Below are positions 63,567-64,000 of a DNA stretch of 64,000 nt, in pieces; position 1 is the stretch's first letter, and every line of letters starts with the position of its first letter. Source of the stretch: Antedon mediterranea. Lineage: Eukaryota > Animalia > Echinodermata. The position numbers and the translations under genes are program-made. The DNA lies in the NCBI RefSeq assembly GCF_964355755.1, contig NC_092676.1, positions 10,703,888 through 10,767,887 of the forward strand, given 5' to 3'. The notes under the pieces were generated by a model. That model ran no database searches and was not told where the DNA came from. It was given only the letters and a program-made list of their open reading frames with translations.

Positions 63567-64000
63567 CTGTTGTAACAGACACAGAATTTGTTATAAAATA
63601 TGAAATATTTTGCATAGCCTGCTCTATCACTGTTCTTCTACCTTGTTGACAATCTAGTTTAACTATGGGCAGTAGACATACAGTGTGCAGTTCTGTTTTT
63701 AAGTTCATGTTTGTACACTTTGCTATTCCTTTCTTATTCTTTCTGTGTATATAATTTCCTCATCTTTATCCTTTTAAAGTTAATTAATATTCAATTTATC
63801 ACCAGGCAGTTTAGAATTTCCTCTAATGCCTGAAAATTGTAAATGAATATATATTATGCATTATTTTGGCTCCATCCATAGATAATAGCTGCACAAAGTG
63901 TTGTTGCCTTGATACTAGTTCAGAAATAACTAAAATAATAATATATTTAACAAATGTGATCATCATACCAAATATAATTGCTCAATGTTTAAATTCATAC

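Overview
AT-rich, intron-containing eukaryotic DNA from a marine invertebrate. A deuterostome, probably an echinoderm such as a crinoid, is my inference from gene and repeat content. Genes: (1) an NLR immune receptor with tandem DED-like, NACHT and LRR domains (+, 9342-13249), carrying two single-base frameshifts; (2) an intronless, His-rich 163-aa orphan ORF (+, 19069-19560); (3) an SLC22-family transporter (-, about 19950-30463); (4) TAF12 (+, 43385-52283); (5) the last two exons of KDM1A/LSD1 (-). Most of the rest is nested transposable elements, many with target-site duplications (TSDs) readable by eye: Helentron/HINE elements (one holding a 97-bp hairpin satellite), a Helitron, Academ-, P-, Kolobok-, Harbinger-, MULE- and Merlin-like elements, a Gmr1-type Gypsy remnant, CR1/L2, R4 and Penelope fragments and a MetaSINE. 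The most unusual signals are nested P-element-like excision footprints at the TAF12 5' end, promoter-proximal CTAG/AGGCCT tracts that may be transposition scars, a candidate U3-A8 variant hammerhead ribozyme, the DED-type NLR and the orphan ORF. I cannot demonstrate a wholly new biological system from sequence alone. Superfamily names rest on termini and TSD rules, not on database searches.
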